A stretch of 64,000 nt of DNA from Selaginella moellendorffii. Lineage: Eukaryota > Plantae > Lycopodiophyta. Of the stretch, positions 60,846 to 64,000 are shown one piece after another; the stretch's first letter is position 1, and each line of letters starts with the position of its first letter. The position numbers and the translations under genes are program-made. The DNA lies in contig NW_003314298.1 of NCBI RefSeq assembly GCF_000143415.4, positions 372,001-436,000 of the forward strand. Direction: 5' to 3'. The notes beneath the pieces are model-generated. The model saw only the letters and a program-made list of their open reading frames with translations. It ran no database searches and had not been told where the DNA came from.

Positions 60846-61904
60846 ATTCTCTTTCCCAAAGTTTTCTATGTACTTTTATTCTTGTTATACAATGTAAATT
60901 TGTAACTAATATCTATGGTTTAAATAATTTATTTTTATTAATATTTTGGTAGCTTGCTTTAGCTTTATTTAACAGTTGATATAAAATGAGATTAATCAGA
61001 GTGCAAAAAGTAGTATAAGACTTTATCTAGAACCTTACTATCTGTTTTGCGAGGTCCTAATGACATAATTAGTATGGACAATAACAGCTTAAATTCTGTA
61101 ATTGTTTTATGTTAAGTAGTGTGATTAAAGACAGAAACAATATAAATTGTTGTCAAATAAAATAATCTAGAACCTCTTTTGCTGTGTTATCTTGCTAGAT
61201 TAAATTGTATATTAAATATTAAATATTATTTAAAATATAAACAGGTGTTCTTATTGTAGCACAAGGCACAGCAAATTATTTTTCTTCTTCTATTCAATTG
61301 TACAGCTATAAAAAGTTTTTCATCTACCATTTTAGTTTTTCTTTTGTATCAACTTTAATATAATGTAGTAAAATGTGCATTATGAAAACATATGGAGATT
61401 CTTGTAATACAAATAAAGGTTGCGAAAGTAAATTTATATGTTTTGGTAGAATCTGAATAATCCTTATATTGTCACCTTTGTCTAAGTACTAAGAAAGTTC
61501 CATCACCTTAGTCATAAACTTTATCTTCTCTTCACATCCCTTCTAATAAGTGCTTATCCCCTTAAACTAAGCACTTGTCTAACAATTAATCAAGTTCTAT
61601 CTAACAATCTAGTTATTTTTATAGTTCTATTGTATAGGTTTGAAATAGTTTTTTAAATATTCTGTGATCTAGTTTTGTGTATTGTTTCACTATATAATAT
61701 GATCATTAGTTTACAGTATAGTGTCCTTTATGATTTTTAATATAGTAATATTCTGGTGGTAAGAAATTTTATAATTTTCATTATGGTAGTTTTAGATAAA
61801 CAAATATGTATATTTGTGTTTATTTTGAATTTTTTTTATCATGAATTTTATTTTATTTTCTTCTTCGATCACACTAGCCTTCCTTTGCCATATTAATTCC
61901 ACTA

Positions 61905-62090
61905 GAGTTTTCCCCCTACTATTTTGGAGGGACTTACCAAACCCCTAGGAGATGATTACTTTAGACTTTCACCCTCGAATTGGTATTGGGATTTGGATTT
62001 AGATTCAGTCTTGAACTTGATTTGAGAATTGGTGTTAAACTTGATCTCAAACTCAATCTCTAATTTAGTCTCCAACTTTGTCTTGACATT
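61905..62090 (-). repeat. Diverged inverted copy of the repeat at ~1050-1250
   Basis: Reverse complement TCAAGTTCAAGACTGAATCT..TCGAGGGTGAAAGTCTAAAG..CATCTCCTAGGGGTTT aligns with 1120-1217. Confidence 0.7.
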
Positions 62091-63530
62091 TTCATGTGTT
62101 ACTATGTGTTTATTTTTTTTTTTCCCTTTCAAAAGACTCCCTTATTGATTGTTTTGTATTCATTCCTTAAGCATATTTTTGAGAGTTCCACTCCCACTCT
62201 TGATTTTCTGAGTCAAAGGGAAGGGATGGAGTTAAACTACTAAGCATACAACCAAGAAGTAAAGGAATTGAAACATAGAAGAACTCCCAAGTGTAGAGCC
62301 TATGGAGTAAAGGGATAGGGGATGGTCTAAAGTTGAGTTGAGCTCACGAATTGAATTTAATTCAACACAAGTCAACATAGTCAACTAAAAATCTTAAAAA
62401 AGAAATCTAAATTGAACAAATGAAAGTTCTAGCAAACTGTAAAATATTTAAATATGTAAATATCTGAGTTAAAAGTTTCTATAAGATTGAATTGTTTTAA
62501 AAATACAAAGTTCATGAGAACGTATCTTTTATAAAGCTATATTATTTTATTATGACTACTATTACAGCTGTCATATTTTGATTTGACTACTTAATATTTT
62601 GAATACTTTTACAACTATAGATACTATTCCTTCATTCAAAAGATTTTGAGGGTTTTTGATAAGATGGGAAGCAAGGAAAATATAAGATCTGTGAGTAAGA
62701 GTTGTAATACAAAAGAATGTGAGAATGCTAGTTTTGTTTCACTACCACAATTTTTATATTACACTCTTGGTCCTTATTACCCATCTGAGAATGTGGAGAC
62801 CACTATCACGATTGATAAAAATACTCCTGTTACTTCTGAAACAATAGTTTAGAGCAAAAGAAATGAAGAAATGAACAGCATGGCAGAAAGCATCAAGAAA
62901 TCTACTCCATAAAACTTTCCATGACATTTGTAATTTACATATTAATTCATATTAAAAATTATGTTGCCTACCTATATCGCAATCCTCTCATATAATAAGA
63001 CCAAGGTATATTTTTGTAGTGAATCCTCATTAAAAGTTTTCAGGAGTTGTTTGTGAATAATAATAAAAGAAATCGAAATCTTTCGAAAGACTCAAAAGTA
63101 ATATCACATTAAAGAATCAACTTTATCTACATTTCCAAGACTGAAAAACAATCTCACACAAGAGAATGGTAGCATACCAACATGCTTTGCCATTATGATG
63201 TGGTTTATATTTCCTTACAGTCTATTTCCCTAGACATTTGGCATGTTTAGAAAATAATATATATGTAGCAAAGTAGGATTTCATCATAATGATAGAGCAT
63301 GTGTATACATGATAATCTAAAATTCTAGAAGCTCTTATGTTTACAAGAAAGCTATGATTATTTTCATAAGCCATTTCCAAAACTGACATTTAAAGAATCT
63401 GAGTATTGTCAATGTCATAATAAATAAACCTTATTCCCAAGACTAAAACTTAGTATATAAACTATCTAGAAAAGTTACAGTCATTGTAGGTTTTTTATTC
63501 TCCTTGAGCTCCTTAGAAGTTTGTATTGAA

Positions 63531-64000
63531 ATGGCTCAAAGGAGAGTCATTGCTACTTGTATTTGGCCCCCTAGCATTTCATATCAATCTCCACCTCCAT
63601 CCCCAAGTTCTACCAACATTCCACCTTCAACTCCACATAACAATCCTTTTTCTACTGAGAGCTCTAGTGAAGCTGAATTAGAGCTCCCTATATATGAAAT
63701 TCCGAATCTTGCTACTAGAGAGGGATTGCCTTCAGTGCTTCAAAAGCAATGCCACATGTTTTTGCAAGATCTTGCTCCTGACATGGCAGGACTATTTGAA
63801 AGCATAGAACACTATTATATTCGGTGTTTAATATGCTACTTTTTCTTGGACAAGACAAATAGCTCTATGGGTTTACAAACTTTTCTTGAGCACTATAACA
63901 ATTGCTCAACGCTAGGTTTGGAAAATGTGCACATGTGGATGTATAATAGATTCAAGAATGAGTTACGAACACATACCCACTATCACTTCATGGTGAGGAA
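63531..64000 (+). CDS. Unidentified ORF, open to the window end (at least 156 codons)
   Basis: Manual translation from ATG 63531 (MAQRRVIATCIWPPSISYQSPPPSP...RTHTHYHFMVR) shows no stop in AT-rich DNA. Missing from the ORF track because it is unterminated. Confidence 0.4.
   Translation, partial: MAQRRVIATCIWPPSISYQSPPPSPSSTNIPPSTPHNNPFSTESSSEAELELPIYEIPNLATREGLPSVLQKQCHMFLQDLAPDMAGLFESIEHYYIRCLICYFFLDKTNSSMGLQTFLEHYNNCSTLGLENVHMWMYNRFKNELRTHTHYHFMVR

Overview
Eukaryotic plant nuclear DNA. Dense genes, many ~50-70 nt introns, PPR relics and the gene set suggest a compact lycophyte genome such as Selaginella; this is inference, no search was run. The left end (1-4.0 kb) holds two decayed Ty3/Gypsy elements, one with a chromodomain. 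The gene-rich core runs: small hydrophilic protein, NCH1/RPT2-type NRL, NDPK1, DRN/LEP-type AP2/ERF, then a degenerate tandem segmental duplication (F-box plus PPR relic, 12.9-20.5 kb). After that come a small HMA-domain gene, an insulysin pseudogene carrying a MITE, a cyanobacterial-type plastid DUF gene, tRNA-iMet, an LRR receptor kinase and xylulose/ribulose kinase XK1. A ~7.7 kb non-coding stretch precedes an IDD zinc-finger gene, followed by HCF107, a VFB-like F-box, ZDS, AP-5 mu, SurE and a PUB4-like U-box/ARM gene. The right end is AT-rich repeat debris plus an ORF running off the window. The strongest second-look items are: (1) an LRR-RLK joining an RLP-type island+4-LRR ectodomain to a subgroup XI/XII-like kinase; (2) ZDS and AP5M in tandem only 41 bp apart; (3) four P1BS elements clustered upstream of the PUB gene; (4) a MITE with 28-bp TIRs and a 4-bp TSD inside a splice acceptor; (5) a perfect-Kozak uORF in the HCF107/F-box bidirectional promoter; (6) GT..AG-bounded 14/22-nt frameshifts at the same site in both F-box copies. 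I cannot claim a demonstrably new system from sequence alone.
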